Of a stretch of DNA of 64,000 nucleotides, positions 32,455 through 42,478 are shown piece by piece (positions within the stretch are counted from its first letter, which is position 1; each line of letters begins with the position of its first letter). The position numbers were made by a program, and so were the translations under genes. Source of the stretch: a virus; the IMG/VR virus record IMGVR_UViG_3300045988_034528. One strand, written 5' to 3'. The notes under the pieces are model-generated. The model was not told the DNA's origin. It was given only the letters and a program-made list of their open reading frames with translations, and searched no databases.

Positions 32455-33128
32455 CAGTAGAAGAATATTTTGGGGATTGGATGAAAGTAATTGATAGAGT
32501 AGAACTTAATAATGTAATGACTAAGATTGGACAAGAATATAAAAGAAAACCTATATGCCCTACTCAATCTGATGTATTCAAAGCATTTGAGTTATGCTCT
32601 CTTAAAGACTTGAAGATAGTTATGCTTGGTCAGGATCCATACCCACAAAAGGAAGTTGCTACTGGTATACTATTTGGGAATAAAGTAAATTCTCAAGAAA
32701 AAAATTTATCTCCATCTTTACAAGTTATTAAAGAGGCTGCTATAAATTTTGAAGTCCCAAAAAATAGTTGTATCTTTGACCCCACTTTAGAGAGTTGGGC
32801 AAAACAGGGGATACTAATGATAAATTCAGCCCTCACAGTAGAAATGAATAAGGTTGGTTCTCATGTGATGATATGGAGACCATTCATAATTGCCCTATTA
32901 AAACACTTATCAGAGTGTGAGACTGGTATTATTTATGTTCTATTTGGGAGGCAGGCTCAGACATTTAAGCCCTATATTAACAAACAATTCAATAACATTC
33001 TTGAAATTGAACATCCAGCATACTATGCAAGACTTAATAAGAGAATGTCATCTGAATTGTTTGCTACTATAAGTAATTTGTGTAAAGATAAATATGGAGT
33101 ACCAATTAAATGGTATCAAGAATATTAA
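32451..33128 (+). CDS. ung: uracil-DNA glycosylase (family 1-like)
   Basis: VMLGQDPYPQKEVATGILFG (compare GQDPYH...G), GILMINSALTVE, IEHPAYYA (compare HPSPLS). Confidence 0.8.
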   Translation: MTVEEYFGDWMKVIDRVELNNVMTKIGQEYKRKPICPTQSDVFKAFELCSLKDLKIVMLGQDPYPQKEVATGILFGNKVNSQEKNLSPSLQVIKEAAINFEVPKNSCIFDPTLESWAKQGILMINSALTVEMNKVGSHVMIWRPFIIALLKHLSECETGIIYVLFGRQAQTFKPYINKQFNNILEIEHPAYYARLNKRMSSELFATISNLCKDKYGVPIKWYQEY

Positions 33129-33148
33129 ATAAAAAAAAACAAAAGACA

Positions 33149-33712
33149 ATGGAAAAATTTTATTTGAAAAATGGAAAAGAAGTACAGATTGGAGACACTC
33201 TTACCAAGGTAACTAAGACTAAACATCCTCTATTTGGCGAAGGTACTAAGGTAGAAAGTATAGTAATTACCAAGACATCTTTGCCTAAACTGATTGAGAG
33301 GGGTATTATTACTACCTCACTTGGTTCTGACTTTGATGTAGACAAAGTTATGCCTACTGAGTCACATATGAATCTTCACTACTATGTTGAAAAGCTAGCA
33401 AAGAAACTTAACTGGAAGGTAGATAAAGTGTATAACTATATTAATACCATTGACAGTGTATATCCTGCTGCTGCATTCTCTATGTTACTCAGAGAAATAG
33501 CTATTGAGCTTGACAAGAAGTATAAAGATCATATTGAAAATAGTCCTGAGATTTATGTAATCTCTGTGTTTGATGGTAGAATTACCAAGGCTAATAAGGC
33601 TCATATCAAGAATTATAGGAATTTTGCTGCATTTAGGTCTGTAAGTGATGCCAAGATTGCTTGTAATATTATGAAGGATATTCTTAAAGAACTGTTCAAA
33701 AGTGGTAAATAA
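33149..33712 (+). CDS. hypothetical protein
   Basis: The track start 33110 overlaps UDG. ATG 33149 (MEKFYLKNGKEVQIGD...) is preferred. Confidence 0.65.
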   Translation: MEKFYLKNGKEVQIGDTLTKVTKTKHPLFGEGTKVESIVITKTSLPKLIERGIITTSLGSDFDVDKVMPTESHMNLHYYVEKLAKKLNWKVDKVYNYINTIDSVYPAAAFSMLLREIAIELDKKYKDHIENSPEIYVISVFDGRITKANKAHIKNYRNFAAFRSVSDAKIACNIMKDILKELFKSGK

Positions 33713-34226
33713 GAAGATTAAGAATGCTACTAAGAGTAATCTAGGAAACTTGGCCTTTAAATCACAGTTGGAGAAGAGTATATATAATACTCTTCTTCAA
33801 CAGGGATTTACTCCTCAATATGAGCCAATTACCTTTACATTATGGGATGGGTTTACTCCTATTACACCTTACTATGATAAAGAAACTGATAAACAGAAGA
33901 TAAAAAGATTGTCAAATGGAATAAATACTTGTCCCTCAAAGATACTTATTCAGAAAGTAGGCAAAGTGGTGGGTATAAGATATACTCCAGACTTTTATTT
34001 CAATTATAAGGGCTTAGATGTTTACATTGAGGCTAAGGGAATTGAGAATGACGTCTTTTATATCAAAAAGAAGATGTTTATAAAGTATCTTGATGATATA
34101 TTGATTAATACTGGAAGAAGGTCTATATACTTTGAGGTTTATACTAAGAAGCAACTCTTACAGGCAATAGAAATAATTAAAGACTATGCAACAGAATGTA
34201 ATTCACAAACTGATACAACAAGCTAA
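33702..34226 (+). CDS. PD-(D/E)XK-type endonuclease (possible junction resolvase)
   Basis: VGIRYTPDFYFNYKGLDVYIEAKG fits the YxPDF ... hhhE-x-KG restriction-endonuclease-like motif. Confidence 0.5.
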   Translation: MVNKKIKNATKSNLGNLAFKSQLEKSIYNTLLQQGFTPQYEPITFTLWDGFTPITPYYDKETDKQKIKRLSNGINTCPSKILIQKVGKVVGIRYTPDFYFNYKGLDVYIEAKGIENDVFYIKKKMFIKYLDDILINTGRRSIYFEVYTKKQLLQAIEIIKDYATECNSQTDTTS

Positions 34227-34392
34227 TAAATTACCTGTATTGGAATATGACCCTAATCCTATTATTTTCAAAGATAATGTGGAGGCTACTATAAGAGAGG
34301 TAAAGCAGAGACTTGGGGTTTTACAGACTCTTAAGGCAGAAATAGATTATCAATTAACTTTAACCCATACAGATAATGAAGAGTTTATATGA
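34186..34392 (+). CDS. hypothetical protein
   Basis: 68-aa ORF bridging two nuclease genes. Start uncertain. Confidence 0.45.
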   Translation: MQQNVIHKLIQQANKLPVLEYDPNPIIFKDNVEATIREVKQRLGVLQTLKAEIDYQLTLTHTDNEEFI

Positions 34393-35419
34393 TATATCTC
34401 TTAAAATAACAGAAGAAGAATATAGGGCAGACTCTGCACTTAGCTACTCTACTCTTGCAAGATATGAAAGAGAAGGATTTAATAACTTGGATAAATTGTT
34501 TGACAAGATAGAAACTCCTTCTTTAACATTTGGAGCATCAGTAGATGCTTTAATTACAGGTGGGCAAGAAGAGTTTGATGAGAGGTTCATGGTAGCTGAA
34601 TTTCCCCTAATACCTGACTCTATTGTGAAGATAATAAAATCTTTGTATAAACAATATGCTGGAACATATAGGAGTCTGCTTAATATACCTGATAATTCAA
34701 TTATTAGAGAAACTGAAGACCAAAACTACCAAATGAATTGGAAGCCTGAAACAAGGGCTAAGGCCATCAGAGAAAAAGGTACTGACTATTATAATCTATT
34801 GTTTGTGGCAGGTGATAGAACTATACTTGATACTCAGACCTATCAAGATGTATGTAATGCAGTTAAGGCATTGAAGGAGGGTAGCTCTACCAAGTTATAC
34901 TTTGCAGATGATAATCCTTTTGAGCCTGATATTGAAAGATTATATCAGTTGAAGTTTAAGGGAGAGTTTGATGGTATAACCTATAGAAATATGGCTGACT
35001 TAATTATAGTCAATCATAAAAAGAAGTGGGTAAAGCCAGTAGATTTGAAAACAAGTTCTCATGCAGAATGGGATTTCTATAAATCCTTTGTGGATTGGAG
35101 ATATGATATTCAAGCCAGACTATATTGGGCTATTATAAGACAGAATATGGATAAGGATGAGTACTTTAAAGACTTCAAGTTACTTGACTATGATTTTATT
35201 GTAGTTAATAAGAGAACTTTAACCCCTCTTGTATGGAATTGTCCCTTTACTCAAGCACAAGGTACATTGAGATTTGGTAATAATTCCCAAATTGAAATGA
35301 GAAGCCCCTTTGAAATAGGAAAAGAGCTTAATTCTTATCTCTCTTCAAGACCTAAAGTACCAAAGGGAATTTCAGATACAGGGGCAAATGATTTAAAAGA
35401 ATGGCTAAATACTTTATGA
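34376..35419 (+). CDS. PD-(D/E)XK recombination exonuclease candidate
   Basis: MADLIIVNHKKKWVKPVDLKTSSH fits the D...(D/E)xK core. The size and context are typical of phage RecB/YqaJ-like exonucleases. Confidence 0.55.
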   Translation: MKSLYDISLKITEEEYRADSALSYSTLARYEREGFNNLDKLFDKIETPSLTFGASVDALITGGQEEFDERFMVAEFPLIPDSIVKIIKSLYKQYAGTYRSLLNIPDNSIIRETEDQNYQMNWKPETRAKAIREKGTDYYNLLFVAGDRTILDTQTYQDVCNAVKALKEGSSTKLYFADDNPFEPDIERLYQLKFKGEFDGITYRNMADLIIVNHKKKWVKPVDLKTSSHAEWDFYKSFVDWRYDIQARLYWAIIRQNMDKDEYFKDFKLLDYDFIVVNKRTLTPLVWNCPFTQAQGTLRFGNNSQIEMRSPFEIGKELNSYLSSRPKVPKGISDTGANDLKEWLNTL

Positions 35420-35420
35420 T

Positions 35421-37622
35421 ATGCAAGTAATAAAAAAAGACAAAAGCAGAGAAGAATTTGACATCAGTAAGATTAACAAAGCTGTAGAGAAAGCCTTTAA
35501 TTCTTGTAATAAGAAGATGCCTCAGTATCTGTATGATATGATAGGTGCCTTGTTTGGTACTTTGGAAGGAGATACAATAGGCATTGAAGAAATTCAAAAT
35601 AAGGTTGAGGATATACTTATGAATGACAAACACTTTGATGTAGCAAAGAGTTATATCATTTATAGAAATAAGCATGAAGAGTCTAGGTTCATTAGGGGAA
35701 GGATTGATTATATGTCTAACTATGCAGATTCTGATGATAATGCTGCTAGTTCTTCAGAGACTGATCCTAATGCTAATACAACCATGAAGAATGTTGCCAA
35801 CCTTGATGGAGAAGTCTATAAGACTACTAATAGAATAATTCAAAGACAAAGAATGAAGGATAAACTAAATGAGTTATATCCTGAAGTAGCTAAACAATAT
35901 GAAGAGGATTTAAATCATCATATTATTTATACTCATGATGAAGCTAGTTCTCCTACATTAAAGCCATATTGTATGGCAGTTACTCTTTATCCTCTCATGA
36001 ATGAAGGAAGCGGTAATATAGATGGTGTAACTCCTTCTATACCTAATGATATACAGTCATTTAGTGGCCAAGTAACTAATCTAGTATTTTTACTTAGTTC
36101 TCAATGTAAAGGAGCAGTAGCTCTTGGAGACTACTTTATAGCTTTAAATTATTATGTAATTTCGGAATTTGGATCTAATTGGTATGATAAAATAGATTAT
36201 AAGGCTTCTTCTGAACATTGTAATATCCAAAGATCAATAAAAGATACTATTAGAAAAGGGATGAAACAATTCATTTATGGTGTAAACCAACCTGCGGGAA
36301 ATAGAAGCTACAATAGTCCTTTTACTAATATATCATACTATGATAAGTATTATTTTGAGTCATTATTTGGGGATTTTTACTATCCTGATGGAACCAAGCC
36401 AGAATGGAAAGCAGTAGATATTCTTCAAAGAATGTTTATGGAATTACATAGAGAACTTAGATTAATTAAGCCGTTAACTTTTCCTGTATCTACAATAGCT
36501 CTTGTACATAATAATAATGAATATTTGGATAAAGACTATAAAGAATTGTGTGCTTCAGAATGGGCTAAAGGAGGTTCTTTCTTCTGTTATAATAGTGATA
36601 ATCCTTCATCATTAGCATCATGTTGTAGAGTGTTAAATGAAATGTCTAATAATACATTCAGTTCTACCACAGGAATGACTGGTGTCATGACTGGTTCTTG
36701 TAATGTAATCACTCTTAATATCAATAGAATTGTACAGGATTGGTATAAGAAGTATTCTCCACAAAGACATAGGTCTAATAATGGTGCAGCAGAAAGAAAG
36801 ATGATTGCAGTCCGTAGATTGTGGAATGAAGAAGGAAGAAATTTACTAAGCCAATATATAAGTAACATTCTTGAAAGAGTCTATAAGTATCATATTGCTT
36901 ATAAGACTATGCTTTATGAAATGGAAGATAGTAAAATGTATTCTTGTAGTAATGCAGGATATATTTATATAAAGAAACTTTATAGTACCATAGGAATAAT
37001 AGGATATACTGAAGCTGCTCAATTTTTAGGATTAGAAATAGGAAATAATCAAGAATATAAGGAATTTCTTCAATTAATTCTAGGAACTATTAAAGAACAA
37101 AATAAACTTCATAGTATAAATGATAAAAAGAGGCCTTTCTTATTTAATAGTGAAGCTGTTCCAGGAGAAGGATTAGGGGTAAAGTTCTATGAAGTTGATA
37201 AGCGAGAGGGATACTGTGTTCCTAAAGAACAAAATTTATATAACTGTTATTTCTATAATCCTTGGAACACTAACACATCTATTTTAGATAAGATGACACT
37301 TCATGGAAAAGAAATTAGTACTTTTTGTGATGGAGGACAAGCAGCTCATCTTAACTTAGATGCTCATTTAAGCAAAGAACAATATCTTAAACTACTAGAT
37401 TTTGCATTAAATAATGGAACTAATTATTTCACATTTAATATTCCAATGAGTGAATGTGCTGAGTGTGGACATATAGTTAATGCTCCTATTAAAGAATGTC
37501 CTAAATGTCATAGTAATAAAATTAAATACTGGACAAGAATAATTGGCTACTTGACTTGTGTTAATAGTTGGAGTAATCCAAGACAAAAGGAATTTACTAA
37601 AAGAATATATAGTCATGCTTAA
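35421..37622 (+). CDS. nrdD: anaerobic ribonucleoside-triphosphate reductase (class III)
   Basis: N-terminal ATP-cone (VIKKDKSREEFDISKINKAVEKAF), C-terminal Zn ribbon CAECGH...CPKCHS, and a glycyl-radical-type RIIGYLT. Confidence 0.85.
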   Translation: MQVIKKDKSREEFDISKINKAVEKAFNSCNKKMPQYLYDMIGALFGTLEGDTIGIEEIQNKVEDILMNDKHFDVAKSYIIYRNKHEESRFIRGRIDYMSNYADSDDNAASSSETDPNANTTMKNVANLDGEVYKTTNRIIQRQRMKDKLNELYPEVAKQYEEDLNHHIIYTHDEASSPTLKPYCMAVTLYPLMNEGSGNIDGVTPSIPNDIQSFSGQVTNLVFLLSSQCKGAVALGDYFIALNYYVISEFGSNWYDKIDYKASSEHCNIQRSIKDTIRKGMKQFIYGVNQPAGNRSYNSPFTNISYYDKYYFESLFGDFYYPDGTKPEWKAVDILQRMFMELHRELRLIKPLTFPVSTIALVHNNNEYLDKDYKELCASEWAKGGSFFCYNSDNPSSLASCCRVLNEMSNNTFSSTTGMTGVMTGSCNVITLNINRIVQDWYKKYSPQRHRSNNGAAERKMIAVRRLWNEEGRNLLSQYISNILERVYKYHIAYKTMLYEMEDSKMYSCSNAGYIYIKKLYSTIGIIGYTEAAQFLGLEIGNNQEYKEFLQLILGTIKEQNKLHSINDKKRPFLFNSEAVPGEGLGVKFYEVDKREGYCVPKEQNLYNCYFYNPWNTNTSILDKMTLHGKEISTFCDGGQAAHLNLDAHLSKEQYLKLLDFALNNGTNYFTFNIPMSECAECGHIVNAPIKECPKCHSNKIKYWTRIIGYLTCVNSWSNPRQKEFTKRIYSHA

Positions 37623-38067
37623 ATACGTTGATACCCTAGTTACTTTTAGTGAAGTGCCTGATGAAATTACTTTATGTATTAATATAAGTAATTGCCCTTG
37701 TCATTGTGAAGGTTGCCACTCTTCTTATTTAGCTAAAGATATTGGAGAAGAATTAAATGACTTGGCTTTAAATAGGTTATTAATAAAGAATCAAGGTATT
37801 ACTTGCGTAGCATTTATGGGAGGAGATTCTGACCCTTCAGAAATAAATGAATTTGCAAGAAAACTTAAAGTTCATACTAATCTTAAAGTAGCTTGGTATA
37901 GTGGTAGACAAGAGCTTAGTAAGGATATTGATTTAAAAAATTTCGATGCAGTCAAGTTAGGGCCTTATATTAAAGAATTCGGACCTCTTAACAGTAAAAC
38001 TACTAATCAAAGATTTTATAAAGTTAATAATAATCAATTAATTGATATAACAAAAAAGTTTTGGTAA
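37615..38067 (+). CDS. nrdG: anaerobic RNR activating protein (radical SAM)
   Basis: CPCHCEGCHS cluster. ATG 37615 (MLKYVDTLVTFSEVPDE...) overlaps the nrdD stop. Confidence 0.8.
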   Translation: MLKYVDTLVTFSEVPDEITLCINISNCPCHCEGCHSSYLAKDIGEELNDLALNRLLIKNQGITCVAFMGGDSDPSEINEFARKLKVHTNLKVAWYSGRQELSKDIDLKNFDAVKLGPYIKEFGPLNSKTTNQRFYKVNNNQLIDITKKFW

Positions 38068-38594
38068 TGAAATTAAAGATTAAAGTAAAAGAAATTACTA
38101 AAGGTTGCATGCCTTATATCATTCAAAATGGTGATTGGATTGACCTTATTTGTGCTGAAGATATGAAAATAAATGTACCACAAGCATATACTTTAAAAGA
38201 AATTCATTTTAATGATGATAGTAGGGATATTACTGCTGATCTTAAATATATTCCTCTAGGAGTAGCTATGCAATTACCTAAGGGATTTGAAGCTATAGTA
38301 GCTCCTAGAAGTAGTACTCCTAATAAATTTGGAATTATGTGTGCTAACTCATTTGGTGTAATTGATAATTGCTATTGTGGAAATAATGATGAATGGAAAT
38401 TTCCAGTAATTGCTATTAGGCCTACTTTTATTGAAAAAGGGTGCAGAATTTGTCAATTTAAAATTCAATTAAGTCAAAAAGCTACTCTATGGCAAAAGAT
38501 TAAATGGTTATTTAGTTCTGGAGTAGAATTAGTAAAAGTTAATAATCTACAAGAAAATAGTCGTGGAGGATTTGGAAGCACTGGAACAAAGTAA
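38067..38594 (+). CDS. dut: dUTPase
   Basis: VAPRSSTPNKFG, FGVIDNCYCGNNDEW and C-terminal SRGGFGSTG correspond to dUTPase motifs 2, 3 and 5. TAATG overlap with nrdG. Confidence 0.8.
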   Translation: MKLKIKVKEITKGCMPYIIQNGDWIDLICAEDMKINVPQAYTLKEIHFNDDSRDITADLKYIPLGVAMQLPKGFEAIVAPRSSTPNKFGIMCANSFGVIDNCYCGNNDEWKFPVIAIRPTFIEKGCRICQFKIQLSQKATLWQKIKWLFSSGVELVKVNNLQENSRGGFGSTGTK

Positions 38595-38614
38595 TAACAA
38601 AAAAAGCATTAAAT

Positions 38615-39109
38615 ATGGTATTGAAAATAGTTGTAATCTTACTTGTAGTTATCCTTTTAGCTGTCATCATCAATGGTGCAGAGAGTTATTGTAAGCAAAA
38701 GAAGAGAGAAAATATATCCTTTAGAGAGGCAATGGACTTGGTAGAATTACCCATTATAACTTTCTATAATAAGGACACAAAGTTGAATTTTCTCTTGGAT
38801 ACTGGCAGTGACCTCTCCTATATCAATAAATCTATCCTGCCTTCCTTAGAGTATATAGAAATAAATGAAAGTAGGAATATTATAAGTGTAGGGGGTAACT
38901 CACAAAGTCTTGGGTGCTGTAATATGATAGTTACCTATAAGAGTCAAAAGTTTATTGATAGATTTTATATTAGTGACCTTGATGAAGCCTTTGGAGCTAT
39001 AAAGGCTGAAACAGGAGTACAAATTCATGGTATCTTAGGAAGTAAATTCTTTGTAAAATATAAGTATGTTCTTGATTTCAAAGATTTAATTGCATATATT
39101 AGAAAATGA
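38615..39109 (+). CDS. membrane-anchored retropepsin-like aspartic protease candidate
   Basis: N-terminal TM (VLKIVVILLVVILLAVIING), catalytic-type FLLDTGSDLSYI, and downstream HGILGSKFF. Confidence 0.55.
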   Translation: MVLKIVVILLVVILLAVIINGAESYCKQKKRENISFREAMDLVELPIITFYNKDTKLNFLLDTGSDLSYINKSILPSLEYIEINESRNIISVGGNSQSLGCCNMIVTYKSQKFIDRFYISDLDEAFGAIKAETGVQIHGILGSKFFVKYKYVLDFKDLIAYIRK

Positions 39110-41241
39110 TATATCTTGTTACAGGACAAAAAAGTTTATTTGAAAATAAAATCTATAAAACCATAGGAGTTAAGGAGTCATTATCTATTCTAAATGAATG
39201 GAAAATGATACAATTTGATACTGAAACTTTAGGTAAAGACCCTCATGTAGGGTCTTTACTTTTAGTTCAGTTTGGTAGTATAGATAAAAAAATACAAATA
39301 GTAATTGATTGTACCACTATAAATATTTTATTATATAAGGACATACTAGAAACTAAGTATTTAATAGGTCAGAATTTAAAATTTGATTTACAGTGGTTAT
39401 ATAATTATAGTATTATACCTTTGAAAATTTATGATACTATGATTGTGGAACAGCTTCTTTATTTGGGCTATTCTCCAGAGTATAAGGACCCTGTAAATGG
39501 TATATCTTATAGTTTAAATTCTATTGCTAAAAGAAGGTTAAATGTTTATATAGATAAAACTGTAAGAGGGGAAATACAATGGAGAGGCATTGATGATTCT
39601 GTAATAAATTATGCTGCTACAGATGTTATATATCTTGCAGATATAATGTATTCTCAGCTATCAGATTGTAAAAGACAAAGTTGTATAATTGGAGCTAAAT
39701 TAGAGTGTGATTTTGTTCCTGTAATAGCTTATCTTGAATGGTGTGGTATTCATTTAGATGTAGATGCTTGGAAACATAAAATGGAAATAGATAAATTAAA
39801 TCTAGAACAATCTTTAAAAGATTTAAATGATTATGTATGTAATAATCCTAAATTAAAAGAGTTTACATACATTGATTATCAAATGGATTTATTTACTGGG
39901 TTTGATTTAACTCCAAAATGCACTATAAATTGGGCATCTTCTACTCAAGTAATACCTTTACTAAAAAAACTAGGATTTGATACTAAAGTTCAAGATAAAA
40001 ATACTGGAGAAGATAAAGAGAGTGCTATGGAAAAAGTACTTAAAAAACAGAAGGGAATCAATGATGAGTTTCTCAAGTTATATTTAGGTAAAGGAGACCC
40101 AGAGGATGAAGATTATTATGCTGGATATAATGGTTCTGCTAAAGTAGTAACTTCTTTTGGTCAAAATCATCTTAATGCTATCAATCCTAATACTCAAAGA
40201 ATACATACTGTTTATAGACAATTAGGATGTGATACAGGAAGAATGTCCTCTGGTACAAAGGATAATAATAATGATTTAGCTAAGTTAAAGCATTTACCAA
40301 TTAATCCCTCAAACAAACAAAAGAAAGAAGGTAAAGCTTGTCCTTATCCTAATATGCAACAACTACCTGCTGATGGTATTACTAGAAGTTGTTTTACAGC
40401 TCCTAAAGGATACAAATGGTGCAGTTGTGATTATAGTGCTATAGAAAGTAGATTAGGAGCTGATATATATCAAGAAAAATCTATGATAGATGAATTCCTT
40501 TATGGTAGTGGAGATATGCACTCACTATGTGCTTACATGGTATATACAAAAGAAATTCCTAGGGATACTCCTATTAAAAACATTAAAAAATTATATCCAC
40601 ATTTAAGAAAAGAAGTTAAATCTGTTGAATTTTCTCAACAATTTGGTGGTTCAGCTTTTGCTATACAAAATGCTATGGGTTGTACTTTAGAAAAAGCAGA
40701 AGAATTTGCTGAAGCTTATGCTAAAGGTTTTCCTGACATTGCAAAGTTTAAAGAAAAGGGGTCTAAAGAAGTTAGAAATAAAGGATATATATTATTAAAT
40801 CCTATAACAGGGCATAAAACTTATTGGGCAACTTTTAATAAGTGGAAAGATAAACATAGACAATTTACCCCTGAATTTTGGGATGAGTATAGAAGAATAC
40901 ATAAACCAAATGAAGATAGTGTATATCAAGAAGTAAGAAATCATTTTAAAGAAGTCTCTAAATGGGATAGAAAGGCTCTTAATTCTGTTACACAGGGAAC
41001 TGGAGCTATAATATTAAAGGATTCACAAATACAATTATTTCATTGGGTAGTTAACAATGGGTATTTTGGTAAGTGTAGACTTGTTAATTTAACCCATGAT
41101 GAATGTAATTGGGAATTTCCAGAAGATTTAGATAAATTTCCTAAAATAATAGAAGATTGTATGGAAAGTTCTGCTAGTAAATATTGTAAATCAGTTCCCA
41201 TTCCTGCTGTTGCAGAAGTGGGGGATTGTTGGATTCATTAA
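39106..41241 (+). CDS. polA: family A DNA polymerase with a 3'-5' exonuclease domain
   Basis: Exo I FDTETLG, Exo II QNLKFDLQWL, Exo III YAATDV. Pol motif A CDYSAIESRL, motif B RKEVKSVEFSQQFGGS, motif C NLTHDEC. Confidence 0.9.
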   Translation: MIYLVTGQKSLFENKIYKTIGVKESLSILNEWKMIQFDTETLGKDPHVGSLLLVQFGSIDKKIQIVIDCTTINILLYKDILETKYLIGQNLKFDLQWLYNYSIIPLKIYDTMIVEQLLYLGYSPEYKDPVNGISYSLNSIAKRRLNVYIDKTVRGEIQWRGIDDSVINYAATDVIYLADIMYSQLSDCKRQSCIIGAKLECDFVPVIAYLEWCGIHLDVDAWKHKMEIDKLNLEQSLKDLNDYVCNNPKLKEFTYIDYQMDLFTGFDLTPKCTINWASSTQVIPLLKKLGFDTKVQDKNTGEDKESAMEKVLKKQKGINDEFLKLYLGKGDPEDEDYYAGYNGSAKVVTSFGQNHLNAINPNTQRIHTVYRQLGCDTGRMSSGTKDNNNDLAKLKHLPINPSNKQKKEGKACPYPNMQQLPADGITRSCFTAPKGYKWCSCDYSAIESRLGADIYQEKSMIDEFLYGSGDMHSLCAYMVYTKEIPRDTPIKNIKKLYPHLRKEVKSVEFSQQFGGSAFAIQNAMGCTLEKAEEFAEAYAKGFPDIAKFKEKGSKEVRNKGYILLNPITGHKTYWATFNKWKDKHRQFTPEFWDEYRRIHKPNEDSVYQEVRNHFKEVSKWDRKALNSVTQGTGAIILKDSQIQLFHWVVNNGYFGKCRLVNLTHDECNWEFPEDLDKFPKIIEDCMESSASKYCKSVPIPAVAEVGDCWIH

Positions 41242-41252
41242 ACCTAAAGTAT

Positions 41253-41537
41253 ATGAAAAATAAGGAAGTAGTAGAAAGTTTTATTTCTAGAAATATAGCT
41301 AACTCTGCTAATTTAATTAGTACTGGAAACAGATTAATTTCTTACAATACTTGTATTGCAGAATGGTATACTTCAAGTATCATTTTAATAAATGAAACTT
41401 ATTATTCAAATACTACTAGTAGACATTTAAATTTATTAAAAAGAGGTTTACCTTCTTACATAAGATGTCTTACTAGAAATAGTATAGACATAAATACTAG
41501 TAAAATAGAATCATATTTTAGTATTAAATTGTTATGA
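41253..41537 (+). CDS. hypothetical protein
   Basis: The track start is TTG 41226, inside polA. The first ATG is at 41253 (MKNKEVVESF...). Confidence 0.55.
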   Translation: MKNKEVVESFISRNIANSANLISTGNRLISYNTCIAEWYTSSIILINETYYSNTTSRHLNLLKRGLPSYIRCLTRNSIDINTSKIESYFSIKLL

Positions 41538-41965
41538 AAATAGAATTTAAAGCAGGAAACTATTATCTTTGTACTAAAGATTATATTATTAATAAACAAT
41601 TAGCATTTAAAAGAAAACATTTGTATCTTTGTAAAGAAGATGGGGTTCTAGAAGGATGCAATAAGGAATTATATCATCTTGATAATGTAAACTTTAAAGA
41701 AGATATATTCAGAATAAGATTTAAAATGGAAGATAATGTTAATCATCCTTCTCACTACACATGGCTTAAAGATAAGTGTGGAATTGAGGTAATTGATATA
41801 ACAAGACATATGGATTTTTGTTTAGGAAATTCAATAAAATATATTCTAAGAGCAGGCCGTAAACAGGATGCAAGTCTTACAGATAATCAGAAGGAAATTG
41901 AGGATTTGAAGAAGGCTATATGGTATATTAATGACAGGATAAAACAATTAGGTGGTGAAGTATGA
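41534..41965 (+). CDS. DUF3310-like phage protein
   Basis: C-terminal NHPSHYT...IEVIDI...FCLGNSIKYILRAGRK is the pattern I associate with DUF3310. Confidence 0.55.
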   Translation: MKIEFKAGNYYLCTKDYIINKQLAFKRKHLYLCKEDGVLEGCNKELYHLDNVNFKEDIFRIRFKMEDNVNHPSHYTWLKDKCGIEVIDITRHMDFCLGNSIKYILRAGRKQDASLTDNQKEIEDLKKAIWYINDRIKQLGGEV

Positions 41966-42105
41966 CATTTATAATTCATTTCAAAGATGGACATAGGGAA
42001 ACCTATAGTAATAGGTATGATGAGGATGTAGAGCATGAAAGGGATGCTGCATGGGATGATGTAAGAATGACCTTTCCTGATGCTGATTATATAGAAGAGT
42101 ACTAA
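41962..42105 (+). CDS. hypothetical small acidic protein (47 aa, below the track cutoff)
   Basis: ATGA overlap with the previous stop. MTFIIHFKDGHRETYSNRYDEDVEHERDAAWDDVRMTFPDADYIEEY. Confidence 0.4.
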   Translation: MTFIIHFKDGHRETYSNRYDEDVEHERDAAWDDVRMTFPDADYIEEY

Positions 42106-42106
42106 T

Positions 42107-42265
42107 ATGAAAAAAGCAATTTTAGTAGCTGTAGTATATATTATAATATTTGCTATGGAAATATTAGCATACTATATAACTCAAGCAGATGTTATTTTTA
42201 TATATGGTATCTTAACATTAGTTGCATTTATATTTACTTTTGTTGCAATATTACAGTCTGAGTAA
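42107..42265 (+). CDS. hypothetical small membrane protein (52 aa)
   Basis: MKKAILVAVVYIIIFAMEILAYYITQADVIFIYGILTLVAFIFTFVAILQSE. Preferred over the antisense track ORF 42181..42411. Confidence 0.4.
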   Translation: MKKAILVAVVYIIIFAMEILAYYITQADVIFIYGILTLVAFIFTFVAILQSE

Positions 42266-42276
42266 GGAATAAGAAT

Positions 42277-42456
42277 ATGAATAAAGAGAAATTTAATATT
42301 ATCTATAAGTACTTTGCAAAACCCATTGCTGCTATGAAAATGACTTATAATAATAGTGCATTGACTGTAGAAGCTGGAGTAGTAAATCCTAAAGTAAGCA
42401 AGTGTTTTCAAGCTCTAATGGACGCATTAAATGAACAATTAGATAGTTATAGATAA
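42277..42456 (+). CDS. hypothetical small protein (59 aa)
   Basis: MNKEKFNIIYKYFAKPIAAMKMTYNNSALTVEAGVVNPKVSKCFQALMDALNEQLDSYR. On the same strand as all neighbours. Confidence 0.4.
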   Translation: MNKEKFNIIYKYFAKPIAAMKMTYNNSALTVEAGVVNPKVSKCFQALMDALNEQLDSYR

Positions 42457-42478
42457 TAGTCAAAAGGAGTTTTATAAT

